From an uncultured Planctomycetales bacterium (GTDB lineage Bacteria > Omnitrophota > Gorgyraeia > Zapsychrales > Fredricksoniimonadaceae), in assembly GCA_964561885.1 (NCBI GenBank), contig CAZLRE010000002.1, positions 1 to 35,303 on the forward strand: a DNA stretch of 35,303 nt, in the 5' to 3' direction. The translations under genes and the position numbers were made by a program. The notes under the pieces were generated by a model that did no database searches, had not been told where the DNA came from, and was given only the letters and a program-made list of their open reading frames with translations. This document shows, piece after piece, positions 1 to 8,465 of this stretch; the stretch's first letter is position 1; every line of letters starts with the position of its first letter.

Positions 1-1116
1 TACGGCGATCGCATTCGCCTGACGGGAAAACTGCACCGGCCGTTCAATGACGGATTTAAAGGACGCTTTTCCTATGAAGATTATCTCAAACGCCATGGCA
101 TCCATTGGGTTTTGAGCGTGAAGAAATCATCCGCGGTCGAAATTCTCGGCCGGGGGGAAGGATCTGCCGTTTCATCAGGACTCTTGAAGGTCCGACGGAG
201 GCTTCAAGGCGTTTTGGATGAACATTTAACTGTCTTTGAGTCAGGCGTTGTTCAATCGCTGGTCTTGGGAGGGCGTTATTATATCCCGGAGCGCACACGC
301 GAGCTTTTTGTCCAGACCGGGACCGCGCACATCCTGGCCATCAGCGGCATGAACGTGGGAGGCATGGCGTTCTTGATCTTTCTATTTCTCAACGTTCTGC
401 GCCTGCCGCGCCGGGCTCAGATCACGCTCACTTGTCTGTTTCTCATCGTGTATTGTTTTCTCACGGGAGCCAATCCGTCGGTGGTGCGCGCCACCGTCAT
501 GGCGGTCGTCATGCTGGCCGGATTTTTATTTGAACGCCAGACGAACACGCTCAATTCCCTGGGGTTTGCAGCGGTCATCATTCTTTTATGTGATCCCATG
601 TCCCTTTTTGATATCGGCTTTCAGCTGTCGTTCATGGGCGTGTTCGCCATTATCTATATGTACCCGAGGATCTTCAGCCTGTGCAATGGTTGCACCCGCA
701 ACAGCTTTGTGAACACGCTGCTTCAGGCGCTATGCTTGTCGCTTGCTGCCTGGATCGGGGTCCTGCCCCTGATCGCGTATTATTTTCAGATCATAACCCC
801 GGTGAGCATTCTCGCGAATATCCCCATCATTCCGCTGGTTTCGGCGTTATTCATGCTGGGAGCGGGGCTTATCCTCGCCGGGCTTTTGTGCCCTCCTGCG
901 GCGTTCCTTTTTGCCGCATGCATCAAGGCTGTTCTCTTCGCGCTGATGACGGTGATCGATCTGTTCAGTCAGTTTCCCTTCGGGTACATATATATTCCCG
1001 AGCTCGGACGATCGCCCGTTCTGGTTTATTACCTTGCCTGTGCCATCATCTTTTGGAAGATCCCGTTGCGTGCCGGCACGGACAGAGGGGATAAGAATCT
1101 TCATTTTCTGGGTTAA
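1..1116 (+). CDS. comEC: ComEC/Rec2 family competence channel protein, 5'-truncated by the window edge; ends without a metallo-beta-lactamase domain
   Basis: Frame 1 is open from base 1 (YGDRIRLTGKLHRPFNDGF...), so the track start at 112 is only the first in-frame TTG. Polytopic hydrophobic body with Competence-domain-like motifs (FVQTGTAHILAISGMNVG, TGANPSVVRATVMAVVM). Stop at 1114-1116. Confidence 0.8.
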   Translation, partial: YGDRIRLTGKLHRPFNDGFKGRFSYEDYLKRHGIHWVLSVKKSSAVEILGRGEGSAVSSGLLKVRRRLQGVLDEHLTVFESGVVQSLVLGGRYYIPERTRELFVQTGTAHILAISGMNVGGMAFLIFLFLNVLRLPRRAQITLTCLFLIVYCFLTGANPSVVRATVMAVVMLAGFLFERQTNTLNSLGFAAVIILLCDPMSLFDIGFQLSFMGVFAIIYMYPRIFSLCNGCTRNSFVNTLLQALCLSLAAWIGVLPLIAYYFQIITPVSILANIPIIPLVSALFMLGAGLILAGLLCPPAAFLFAACIKAVLFALMTVIDLFSQFPFGYIYIPELGRSPVLVYYLACAIIFWKIPLRAGTDRGDKNLHFLG

Positions 1117-1148
1117 TGGCTTGGGGGTGCCGCGGACGGATGGGGAAA

Positions 1149-1212
1149 GTCAAAAATAATAATTTGACAATGGATGTTCGGGATAGTAAGCTTGGCATGG
1201 TTGCATATGCAA
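1149..1212 (+). promoter_or_regulatory. Candidate promoter/operator of the marR-RND operon
   Basis: TTGACA at 1164-1169 lies inside the inverted repeat GTCAAA-N8-TTTGAC (1149-1168). A possible -10, TAAGCT, sits at 1187-1192 (17-nt spacer). A perfect 12-bp palindrome TTGCATATGCAA is at 1201-1212, just before or over the marR start. Confidence 0.4.
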
Positions 1213-1221
1213 CTAAATCCT

Positions 1222-1674
1222 ATGTCAGTCAATTATAAATTAGAAGATTCATTAGGATACATCATGGGCCGCGCCGCCAGAGGTTTGGGTGCGCGCCTGA
1301 ACCGTAACTTTGCCGAAGCGGGTTATGATGTCACCTGCGAGCAATGGGGGGTCTTGACCAACCTGTGGCGCAAGAACGGCCAGAGCCAGCATGAGTTGAC
1401 CGCCAACGCCTGCAAGGATAAGACCAGCGTGACCCGGCTTATCGACGGCCTGGAGAAGCGCAATCTGGTGGTCAGAACACCGGACAAAGTGGACCGCCGC
1501 CAGAAGCTGATCTATCTGACCAATCAGGGCAAGGAATTCCAGAGGAAACTTCTACATATCGTAGAGAAGACATTAAACGAGGCCCAGCAGAACATTCCCG
1601 CCAGGGACATGGACACCTGCAAGAAAGTATTATGCCGCGTTTACGAGAACTTAATAGACCATCATAATGGTTGA
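1222..1674 (+). CDS. MarR family transcriptional regulator
   Basis: Winged-helix MarR signature (QWGVLTNLWRKNGQSQHELTANACKDKTSVTRLIDGLEKRNLVVRTPDKVDRRQKLIYLTNQGKEF). Start is uncertain: in-frame ATGs at 1174, 1207 and 1222. 1222 gives a typical ~150-aa protein, whereas 1174 would lie inside the predicted promoter. Confidence 0.85.
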   Translation: MSVNYKLEDSLGYIMGRAARGLGARLNRNFAEAGYDVTCEQWGVLTNLWRKNGQSQHELTANACKDKTSVTRLIDGLEKRNLVVRTPDKVDRRQKLIYLTNQGKEFQRKLLHIVEKTLNEAQQNIPARDMDTCKKVLCRVYENLIDHHNG

Positions 1675-1742
1675 TTATGCAACGAACAGATTTATTAAAT
1701 CTTTTGAAATGCATGACGGACAAGCGGGGAGGCGTACGAACG

Positions 1743-2843
1743 ATGAATAACCTTAGGAACATGTTGGGATTGATGCTCGGTCTTTTGGCGTTGTCATTGA
1801 CCGGCTTTGGCTGCGACAATAAAAAAGGCGGCGACATGGCGGCCATGATGGCCAATATGTCGGTCAATGTGGTGGCGGTCGAGGCCAAAAAACAGCCTAT
1901 TCAGGACAAGATCTCCTTAGTCGGCACCATGGCGGCCAATGAATCGGTCGAGATCAAAAGCGAGTTAGACGGCGCGGTCGAAGAGATCAATTTCGAGGAA
2001 GGGCAGGCCGTTGAGAAAGGACAGCTTCTCATCGCAATTGATAAGAGCAAGCTGGAGGCTTCGCTGGCCCAGGCCGAGGCTAATTTTAAATTAGCCCAAA
2101 CCACAGCCAAACGTTATCAGTCGCTCATCGAATCGCAGGCCATTTCCAAACAGGAATTCGATCAGGCCCAGGCCAATCTGGAGGCGGCCAAGGCTTCCGC
2201 AGATCTGGTCAGAGCCCAGCTCAAAGAGGCCACGATCGAAGCCCCGTTTGCCGGTGTCATGGGCGAGCGGTTGATCAGCAACGGGCAATTCATCTCCATG
2301 GGAACAAGCCTCACGTATCTCATCAGCCAAAACCCGATGAAGGCCGAATTCAATATCCCCGAGAAATATCTCAGCCAATTAAAGGAAAAGCAGGCGATCG
2401 AGATCACCGTTGCCGCATATCCCAAAGAAGTTTTTAAGGGAGAGGTTTATTTTATCGACCCGCAGATCGATACATTGACGCGCACCGCGCTCATTAAGGC
2501 GCTTGTGCCGAACGCCGACGGTAAATTGCGCGTGGGCATGTTCGCGAACCTGGACTTGATCGTTAATGTGCGCGAGGACGCGGTCGTCATCCCCGAAACT
2601 GCGCTCATCGCGCGGGGGGAGACGGTTTCCGTATTTGTGATCGATGCTGAAAGCAAAGCCCAGCCCCGTACTGTTGAAGTGGGTATACGCATGGCCGGTT
2701 TTGTTGAGATCACCTCAGGGCTCAAGCCCGGTGAGAAAGTCATTGTGGAAGGATTCCAAAAGATCGGACCGGGCAGCAAAGTTGCGCCGAAAGACCCGGA
2801 TCAACCGCAGGCTCCTGCCCAGGAAGCGACTGAGAAGAAATAA
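1743..2843 (+). CDS. Efflux RND transporter periplasmic adaptor subunit (MFP/HlyD family), probable lipoprotein
   Basis: Signal peptide MNNLRNMLGLMLGLLALSLTGFGC, then adaptor architecture (coiled-coil AQAEANFKLAQTTAKRYQSL...QANLEAAKASADLVRAQL, then beta-barrel/MP domains). GGAGG at 1728-1732 lies 10 nt before ATG 1743. The ORF is open from 1671, so an earlier start is possible. Confidence 0.9.
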   Translation: MNNLRNMLGLMLGLLALSLTGFGCDNKKGGDMAAMMANMSVNVVAVEAKKQPIQDKISLVGTMAANESVEIKSELDGAVEEINFEEGQAVEKGQLLIAIDKSKLEASLAQAEANFKLAQTTAKRYQSLIESQAISKQEFDQAQANLEAAKASADLVRAQLKEATIEAPFAGVMGERLISNGQFISMGTSLTYLISQNPMKAEFNIPEKYLSQLKEKQAIEITVAAYPKEVFKGEVYFIDPQIDTLTRTALIKALVPNADGKLRVGMFANLDLIVNVREDAVVIPETALIARGETVSVFVIDAESKAQPRTVEVGIRMAGFVEITSGLKPGEKVIVEGFQKIGPGSKVAPKDPDQPQAPAQEATEKK

Positions 2844-2848
2844 ACGGT

Positions 2849-5800
2849 ATGAAACTTTCTGAAATTAGTATCAGCCGGCCGGTTTTAGCCACGATGATGA
2901 GCTTGGGGCTTGTTTTGTTCGGCATCATCGGTTTAAACCGCCTTCCGGTGCGCGAACTCCCCGACATCGACCCGCCCATCGTCAACGTCACCACCGTTTA
3001 TCAGGGCGCCAGCGCCGCCGTTGTTGAGACCCAGGTCACCGAACCGATTGAAGAGACCTTGACCAGTGTTGAGGGCATCCGTACATTAACGAGCGAAAGC
3101 CGTGAACAGGTCAGCTCCATCACGGTTGAGTTCGACCTTTCCCGTCCCATTGAAGTAGCGGCCCAGGACGTACGCGACCGTGTGGCGCGCGTGCGCGGCC
3201 GTCTGCCGGAGAATATTGAAGAGCCCATCATTGCCAAACAAGAAGCCGGCGCTCAGCCCATCATCTGGATCGCGCTCTACAGCGACCGTTTCACGACCCT
3301 TGAATTAAGCACGCTTGCCGAAAATGTTTTTAAGGACCGTTTGCAGACGGTCAATGGTGTCAGTTCTGTCCTTCTGGGTGGAGAGAAACGTTTTGCCATC
3401 CGCTTGTGGCTCGATTCGCAAAAAATGGCCGCCCGCGGGGTCACCGTTCTCGACGTGGAGAGCGCGCTTCGGGAACAGAACGTGGAACTTCCCAGCGGAC
3501 TGGTGGAAAGTTTTCAGCGGTCGCTGTCCATTCAGACCCGCGGTGAGCTCAAGACACCGGAAGAATATAATGATCTTGTTGTGAAGCGCGACGGTGCCAC
3601 ATTTATCCGATTAAGCGACATCGGCCGCGCCTCCGTTGGTGTGGAGGACGAACGGTCGGTGGCGCGCTTTAATTCCAAGCCGTGCGTCGGTATCGGCGTT
3701 GTCCGCCAGTCGAAGGCGAACGCCATCGATGTGGCCAAACGTGTGAAAGAGGAGCTCGAACGCATCAAGCCGAGCCTTCCCGTTGGCGTTGAAACAGCCA
3801 TTCCCTATGACGAATCCGTTTACGTTGAGAAAGCCATCCACGAAGTTTGGGAGACGCTCGGTCTTGCCTTTGTTCTGGTTATCCTCACGATCTTCGTGTT
3901 TTTGCACAATGCCCGCTCGACGATCATCCCCGCTCTTTCGATCCCGGTGTCCATCATCGCCACTTTCGGCCTTCTCTATATGATGGGTTACACGATCAAT
4001 ATCGTCACCATGCTGGCCTTTGTTCTGGCGATCGGGCTGGTCGTTGATGACTCGATCATCGTTCTGGAAAACATTTACCGCCACGTCGAAGAGGGCATGA
4101 AGCCTTTGGACGCTGCTTATAAAGGAATGTCGGAGATCGGTTTCGCTGTTATTGCAACCACGATCGCGTTAGTCGCGGTCTTTTTCCCAATGGCCTTTCA
4201 GACAAGCGTCACCGGGCGCCTGTTCGTTGAATTCGCCTTCGCGCTGTGTTTCTCCGTTATCATTTCGTCGTTCGTGGCGCTTACGCTTGCGCCGGTTGCC
4301 AGCGCCAAGTTCCTGAAACCATACGATCCCAATGAAAAGTTAGGCATTTTGGGCGTGTTCGAAAAGTGGTTAACACAAACGACCAAGCGATATGAGAGAT
4401 CTCTGGCATGGACGCTCAAGCATCCGTTTCGCATTCTGGCTGTGAGCGCGGTGTCGGTGGCCCTGTCGATCTTCTTTTTCACCCAGCTTGACCAGGAATT
4501 CTTACCGACGGAAGATAAGGGTCAGCTGTTGTGTATCGCTATTTCTCCGGAAGGCTCGACCAGCGAATACACGGATCGCATGGTGAGCAAGATGGAAGGC
4601 ATCATCAGCTCCGCGCCCGAGGTCGAAGGTTATTTCTCGGCGGTGGCGCTCGCCTTCGGTTCTCCGGGGAAACCTTCGGAAGGATTGGCCTTCGTGCGCC
4701 TTAAGGAAAAGCGCGAGCGCCATATCCGCGACATTGTCGGCGGACCCACCGGTTTCGGCGCGCGTTTCTTCGGCGAGGTGGAAGGCGCATTCGTTATTCC
4801 CATCATTCCGTCCGCGATCGGCGGCGGTTTTAACCAGCCGTTCCAGCTCGTCATACAGGGACAGAACCTGGATGTGTTAAACAAATACACCGAGCAGCTC
4901 AGCAATAAACTGCGGGAACTCGGATTTTTAATGAACGTGCGTTCCAATTTTGAGATCAACAAGCCTGAACTGCGGGTGAATATCGACCGCAACCGCGCGG
5001 CCGCGCTCGGGGTCACCGTTGAGGACATTTCCAAAACCCTGCAGATCATGTTCGGCGGTCTGGACCTTTCCAACGTGAATATCGCGGGCAAGGAATATGA
5101 TGTCATCGTGCAATTGGAACGCGCTTCGCGCCTGACCCCATCGGATTTGGACAAGCTTTATATCCGCGGCGCTCAAGGCGAGCTGGTCCAGTTGAGCAGT
5201 GTTGTTCATCATGAAGCCTCAGCAGGTCCGAGCGCCATCAACCATCACAACCGTTACCGCTCTGCCACGATCGAAGCGACACCTGTGGGCGTTCCGTTGG
5301 GCAACGTCATCGATCAGGTGGAAGCCATACTTAAGGCTGATATGCCCGACGGGTTCCGTTATGAGTGGGCCGGTGAAGCGCGCGACCTTAAAGAATCCAG
5401 CGCCCAGATCTATTTCGTCATGTTTTTGGCCGTCATCATTATTTATATGGTCTTGGCGGCGCAATTCGAAAGTTTCGTGCATCCTTTGACCGTTATGTTC
5501 ACGCTTCCGCTGGCCGCCTTCGGCGCCTTCGGCGCGTTATGGATATTAAACTGGGTCGATAAAGGCTCGATGATACTTTCGTTCTTGCCGCCGGGGTGGT
5601 ATTCCAATCTTTTGCCGCGCATTCCGTCGATGGGCATCAATCTGTACAGCCAGATCGGGATGGTGCTTTTGTTCGGTCTGGTCACGAAAAACGGCATTTT
5701 GCTCGTTGACTTTGCTAATCAGCAGATGGCCAAAGGAAAGACTGCGTCCGAGGCTATGCTTGCCGCCGGTGTGATCCGTTTGCGTCCCATTTTGATGACG

Positions 5801-7393
5801 GCGTGTGCTACGATCGCGGGCATTCTGCCTATCGCCATCGGATTCGGAGCCGGCGCCGAAAGCCGCCGTCCGCTGGGCGTTGCCGCCGTCGGGGGGATGT
5901 TAACCAGCACGTTTCTGACGCTCTTTGTCATTCCCGTGGTCTATGTGCTCTTCAGCCGTCTGCAGAAAACAAAAGTTAATCCGCAGGCGGTGAAGAATAT
6001 TTTAGTTGTCGTTGGACTTTCCTTTACTTTGGGCGGTTGTGCCATTGTCGGACCGAATTATAAACGGCCTGAAGATGTGACGCCTTCGCAGTGGAAATAT
6101 ACAATTGAACAGAAGAATAAAGTGGAATCTCCGGCGGATTCCGCGTGGTGGACGGTCTTCAATGACCCCGTGCTCAACGATCTGCAGACCAAGGCGCTTT
6201 CCAATAATCATGATCTTAAGAGCGCGGTTGCCGCCATCGACAAAGCACGCGCGCTCGCGCGTATCGAGGAGTCCAAACTACTTCCGGATGTGGATCTTAA
6301 TCCGTCCGCGACCCGTTCGCGCACCACCAAGAACGCCACAAGTTCCTCGTCGGCATTCCAGGGCCAGAGTTTGACGTCCAACCGTTATTATGTTCCGCTG
6401 GACCTTAGTTATGAGATCGACATCTGGGGCAAGGTCAGGCGCGCTTTCGAAGCCGGGCATGCCGAGGCCCAGGCCAGCGAAGAGGCCTACCGCACCGTCC
6501 TGTTAACGTTGACCGCGGATGTGGCCCAGAATTATTTTTTGCTGCGTGAACTGGATGCCGAGGTCGAAACTTTCAAACAGACGATCGAACTAAGGCAAAG
6601 GGCGGTCGATGTTGTCGAAGACCGTGTCAAAGGCGGGGTATCAAGCGAGCTCGATCTTTCGCGAGCCACGACCGAATTGGCCCAGGCCAAGGCAGATATG
6701 ATCGATGTCCGCCGCCGCCGGGGAGAAGTGGAAAACACGCTGGCGCTGCTGTGCGGGATCGTAGCCTCTGATTTTAAAATTGAGCCCGAACCATTTAAGG
6801 TGAACGTGGTGGATGTTCCGGCGGGTTTGCCTTCTGAACTTCTCAAACGCCGTCCGGACATAGCCGAGGCCGAACGTTTGATGGCCGCGGCCAATGCCAA
6901 GATCGGGGTCGCCCAGGCTGACATGTTCCCGTCGGTGAGCTTAAATGCGACCGCCGGACTGGAAAGCGCGGATCTGGATAATCTTCTGGAATGGGAAAGC
7001 CGCGTTGGCTCGATCGGCCCATCAGTCAATATTCCCTTATTTAAAGGCGGACGCAACAAGGCCAAGATCAGGGCCGCGCGCGCTGATTATGCCATGGCGG
7101 TCGCCAAATATCATCAGCAGGTCCTTAAAGCTTTTCAGGAAACCGAAACCGCGCTGAATAACGTGCGCCTGCGCCGCGAACAGACCGAGGCCCAGGAGAA
7201 GCTCCTGAAAGCAACATCCACGTCATCGAAACTCTCCATCACCCGTTACCGTCAGGGATTGGTCACCTTTCTGGAAGTCGTCGATGCTGAACGCACGCGT
7301 CTTCAGGCCGAGCTGGAAGCAAGCCAGGTCAAGACCGAGCAGATGATCGCCACCATTCATCTGATCAAAGCGCTAGGCGGTTCGTGGGAATAG
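2849..7393 (+). CDS. RND (HAE1-type) efflux permease fused in frame to a NodT-family outer-membrane factor lipoprotein (1514 codons)
   Basis: The N-terminal ~1040 aa read as an AcrB-like 12-TM permease (MKLSEISISRPVLATMMSLGLVLFG, VVDDSIIVLENIYRH, LVTKNGILLVDFANQ). From codon 1048 there is a lipoprotein signal (VKNILVVVGLSFTLGGC), then OMF motifs (GPNYKRPEDV..W, two TolC-like helical repeats, ...ATIHLIKALGGSWE). No stop codon lies between the two modules. Confidence 0.85.
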   Translation: MKLSEISISRPVLATMMSLGLVLFGIIGLNRLPVRELPDIDPPIVNVTTVYQGASAAVVETQVTEPIEETLTSVEGIRTLTSESREQVSSITVEFDLSRPIEVAAQDVRDRVARVRGRLPENIEEPIIAKQEAGAQPIIWIALYSDRFTTLELSTLAENVFKDRLQTVNGVSSVLLGGEKRFAIRLWLDSQKMAARGVTVLDVESALREQNVELPSGLVESFQRSLSIQTRGELKTPEEYNDLVVKRDGATFIRLSDIGRASVGVEDERSVARFNSKPCVGIGVVRQSKANAIDVAKRVKEELERIKPSLPVGVETAIPYDESVYVEKAIHEVWETLGLAFVLVILTIFVFLHNARSTIIPALSIPVSIIATFGLLYMMGYTINIVTMLAFVLAIGLVVDDSIIVLENIYRHVEEGMKPLDAAYKGMSEIGFAVIATTIALVAVFFPMAFQTSVTGRLFVEFAFALCFSVIISSFVALTLAPVASAKFLKPYDPNEKLGILGVFEKWLTQTTKRYERSLAWTLKHPFRILAVSAVSVALSIFFFTQLDQEFLPTEDKGQLLCIAISPEGSTSEYTDRMVSKMEGIISSAPEVEGYFSAVALAFGSPGKPSEGLAFVRLKEKRERHIRDIVGGPTGFGARFFGEVEGAFVIPIIPSAIGGGFNQPFQLVIQGQNLDVLNKYTEQLSNKLRELGFLMNVRSNFEINKPELRVNIDRNRAAALGVTVEDISKTLQIMFGGLDLSNVNIAGKEYDVIVQLERASRLTPSDLDKLYIRGAQGELVQLSSVVHHEASAGPSAINHHNRYRSATIEATPVGVPLGNVIDQVEAILKADMPDGFRYEWAGEARDLKESSAQIYFVMFLAVIIIYMVLAAQFESFVHPLTVMFTLPLAAFGAFGALWILNWVDKGSMILSFLPPGWYSNLLPRIPSMGINLYSQIGMVLLFGLVTKNGILLVDFANQQMAKGKTASEAMLAAGVIRLRPILMTACATIAGILPIAIGFGAGAESRRPLGVAAVGGMLTSTFLTLFVIPVVYVLFSRLQKTKVNPQAVKNILVVVGLSFTLGGCAIVGPNYKRPEDVTPSQWKYTIEQKNKVESPADSAWWTVFNDPVLNDLQTKALSNNHDLKSAVAAIDKARALARIEESKLLPDVDLNPSATRSRTTKNATSSSSAFQGQSLTSNRYYVPLDLSYEIDIWGKVRRAFEAGHAEAQASEEAYRTVLLTLTADVAQNYFLLRELDAEVETFKQTIELRQRAVDVVEDRVKGGVSSELDLSRATTELAQAKADMIDVRRRRGEVENTLALLCGIVASDFKIEPEPFKVNVVDVPAGLPSELLKRRPDIAEAERLMAAANAKIGVAQADMFPSVSLNATAGLESADLDNLLEWESRVGSIGPSVNIPLFKGGRNKAKIRAARADYAMAVAKYHQQVLKAFQETETALNNVRLRREQTEAQEKLLKATSTSSKLSITRYRQGLVTFLEVVDAERTRLQAELEASQVKTEQMIATIHLIKALGGSWE
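5990..7393 (+). other. Outer-membrane-factor (NodT/TolC-like) module of the fused ORF; possible internal GTG start
   Basis: In-frame GTG at 5990 opens a complete lipoprotein signal peptide with lipobox L-G-G-C. The remaining 467 codons match the length of a stand-alone OMF. No clear Shine-Dalgarno precedes it. Confidence 0.5.
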
Positions 7394-7556
7394 GTCTGAT
7401 GATCCGCAAGTGAAATTCTCGACACTTCAATAAAATTACTGGTCAAGACGACCGAGTCCATTTAAAATCCCTTTGAATTTAGAGAAAGATGTTCACACCG
7501 GATCCTGTGTTCTGGCGTTCTCTGAAATTTTTTAACCAAAACAATTAAGGACTTTT

Positions 7557-8039
7557 ATGAAAAAGAAATCAGCCAAAACAAATGATATTAACGAATTAAT
7601 GTCCCAGATCCAAGAACAGCTGGCGGTGCTGGACCGCAAGCTGGATGCGTTTATGACGAAGTCGCTCAAGGAATTGGCCGAGGCCTTGGCAGCGTCCAAA
7701 CCCGCGCATGTGGTGCATGTTCCTGCTCCGGTAAGTACTGGCCCGCGTCCCAATGATCAGCGCCCGGCGCGTCAGATGTACGCGGTCGTGTGTTTTGATT
7801 GCGGCAAGGACACCGAGATCCCGTTTAAACCCAGCGGGGACCGTCCGGTTTATTGCAAAGAATGTTTTTCCAAACGCAGGTCAGGGCAGGGGCCGAAGCC
7901 CAATACCTCACCCAGCATTCAGCCTAAAGAATCCGCGCCAACGGAACTGACGTCTGCCACGCCGAAGAAGAAGGGCGTTGCCAAGAAGACGGTGGTAAAG
8001 AAAAAAGTCGTTGCTAAGAAAAGTGCAAAGAGAAAATAA
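7557..8039 (+). CDS. CxxC-x17-CxxC zinc-ribbon domain protein with N-terminal coiled coil and lysine-rich C-terminal tail
   Basis: CFDC-GKDTEIPFKPSGDRPVY-CKEC has exactly 17 residues between the two CxxC pairs. Tail is KKKGVAKKTVVKKKVVAKKSAKRK. Confidence 0.75.
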   Translation: MKKKSAKTNDINELMSQIQEQLAVLDRKLDAFMTKSLKELAEALAASKPAHVVHVPAPVSTGPRPNDQRPARQMYAVVCFDCGKDTEIPFKPSGDRPVYCKECFSKRRSGQGPKPNTSPSIQPKESAPTELTSATPKKKGVAKKTVVKKKVVAKKSAKRK

Positions 8040-8043
8040 TGGG

Positions 8044-8122
8044 CATCGAAGGCGCATCAGTGGTTCGGTTTTCTGAAACCGAACACACTCGCCTTCGATG
8101 TTGACCCTGCTTCGCAGGTCAA
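8044..8122. repeat. Structured three-stem element, copy A
   Basis: - Outer stem: CATCGAAGGCG (8044-8054) / CGCCTTCGATG (8090-8100)
- Enclosed hairpin: GTTCGGTTT-TCTG-AAACCGAAC (8063-8084)
- Adjacent hairpin: TTGACC(C)TGC-TTC-GCAGGTCAA (8101-8122)
A second copy lies at 9767-9845. Confidence 0.6.
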
Positions 8123-8167
8123 AAAATAGCGATCATCAAGCGCGGGTCAAGTGTTAGGTCTAGATAT

Positions 8168-8210
8168 GACGTTATAACGTCTTGACGCTATGACGTTATA
8201 GTGCTATATT
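8168..8210 (+). promoter_or_regulatory. Promoter with operator repeats for the toxin-antitoxin operon
   Basis: Elements in order:
- Perfect 14-bp palindrome GACGTTATAACGTC (8168-8181)
- -35 TTGACG (8182-8187)
- 17-nt spacer containing a second ATGACGTTATA (8190-8200)
- -10 TATATT (8205-8210)
- RBS GAAGGAG (8218-8224)
- ATG 8232. Confidence 0.6.
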
Positions 8211-8231
8211 AGGTTCAGAAGGAGATATTGC

Positions 8232-8465
8232 ATGATCAAACCTACCAAGCGAGCGACTGTGTATTTAGAGCCCGATCTTCACCGGATTCTTAAGATCAAG
8301 GCTAGTGAAACGTCCCGGTCCGTATCTGATCTGGTCAACGAGGCGGTCCGTCATGAGTTGCTGGAAGACCAAAAAGATCTTGAAACTTTTCAAGTCCGCC
8401 GAAAAGAACCCACTGTGACCTATGAACAGCTTTTAACGGAACTCAAGCGGGATGGCAAAATATAA
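8232..8465 (+). CDS. Type II antitoxin, ribbon-helix-helix (CopG/RelB-like)
   Basis: N-terminal RHH-like beta-strand plus helices (KRATVYLEPDLHRILKIKASETSRSVSDLVNEAV). Overlaps the downstream RelE/ParE gene by 14 nt. Confidence 0.8.
   Translation: MIKPTKRATVYLEPDLHRILKIKASETSRSVSDLVNEAVRHELLEDQKDLETFQVRRKEPTVTYEQLLTELKRDGKI

Noticed and set aside
112-1116. Track start at 112 for the first ORF
   Set aside because: The same frame is open back to base 1 with plausible ComEC sequence, so the gene is 5'-partial rather than starting at 112.
4630-7065. Minus-strand ORFs of 174 and 177 aa inside the RND-OMF gene
   Set aside because: Shadow ORFs in a GC-biased coding region; Ser/Arg/Pro-rich; no independent start signals.
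8044-8122. tRNA-like or tmRNA-like gene, because of the stem-enclosed hairpins
   Set aside because: There is no GTTCRANYC T-loop and no D-loop consensus. Stem lengths (11 and 9 bp) are wrong for tRNA arms, and no 7-nt anticodon loop is present. The same reasoning applies to 14233-14335.
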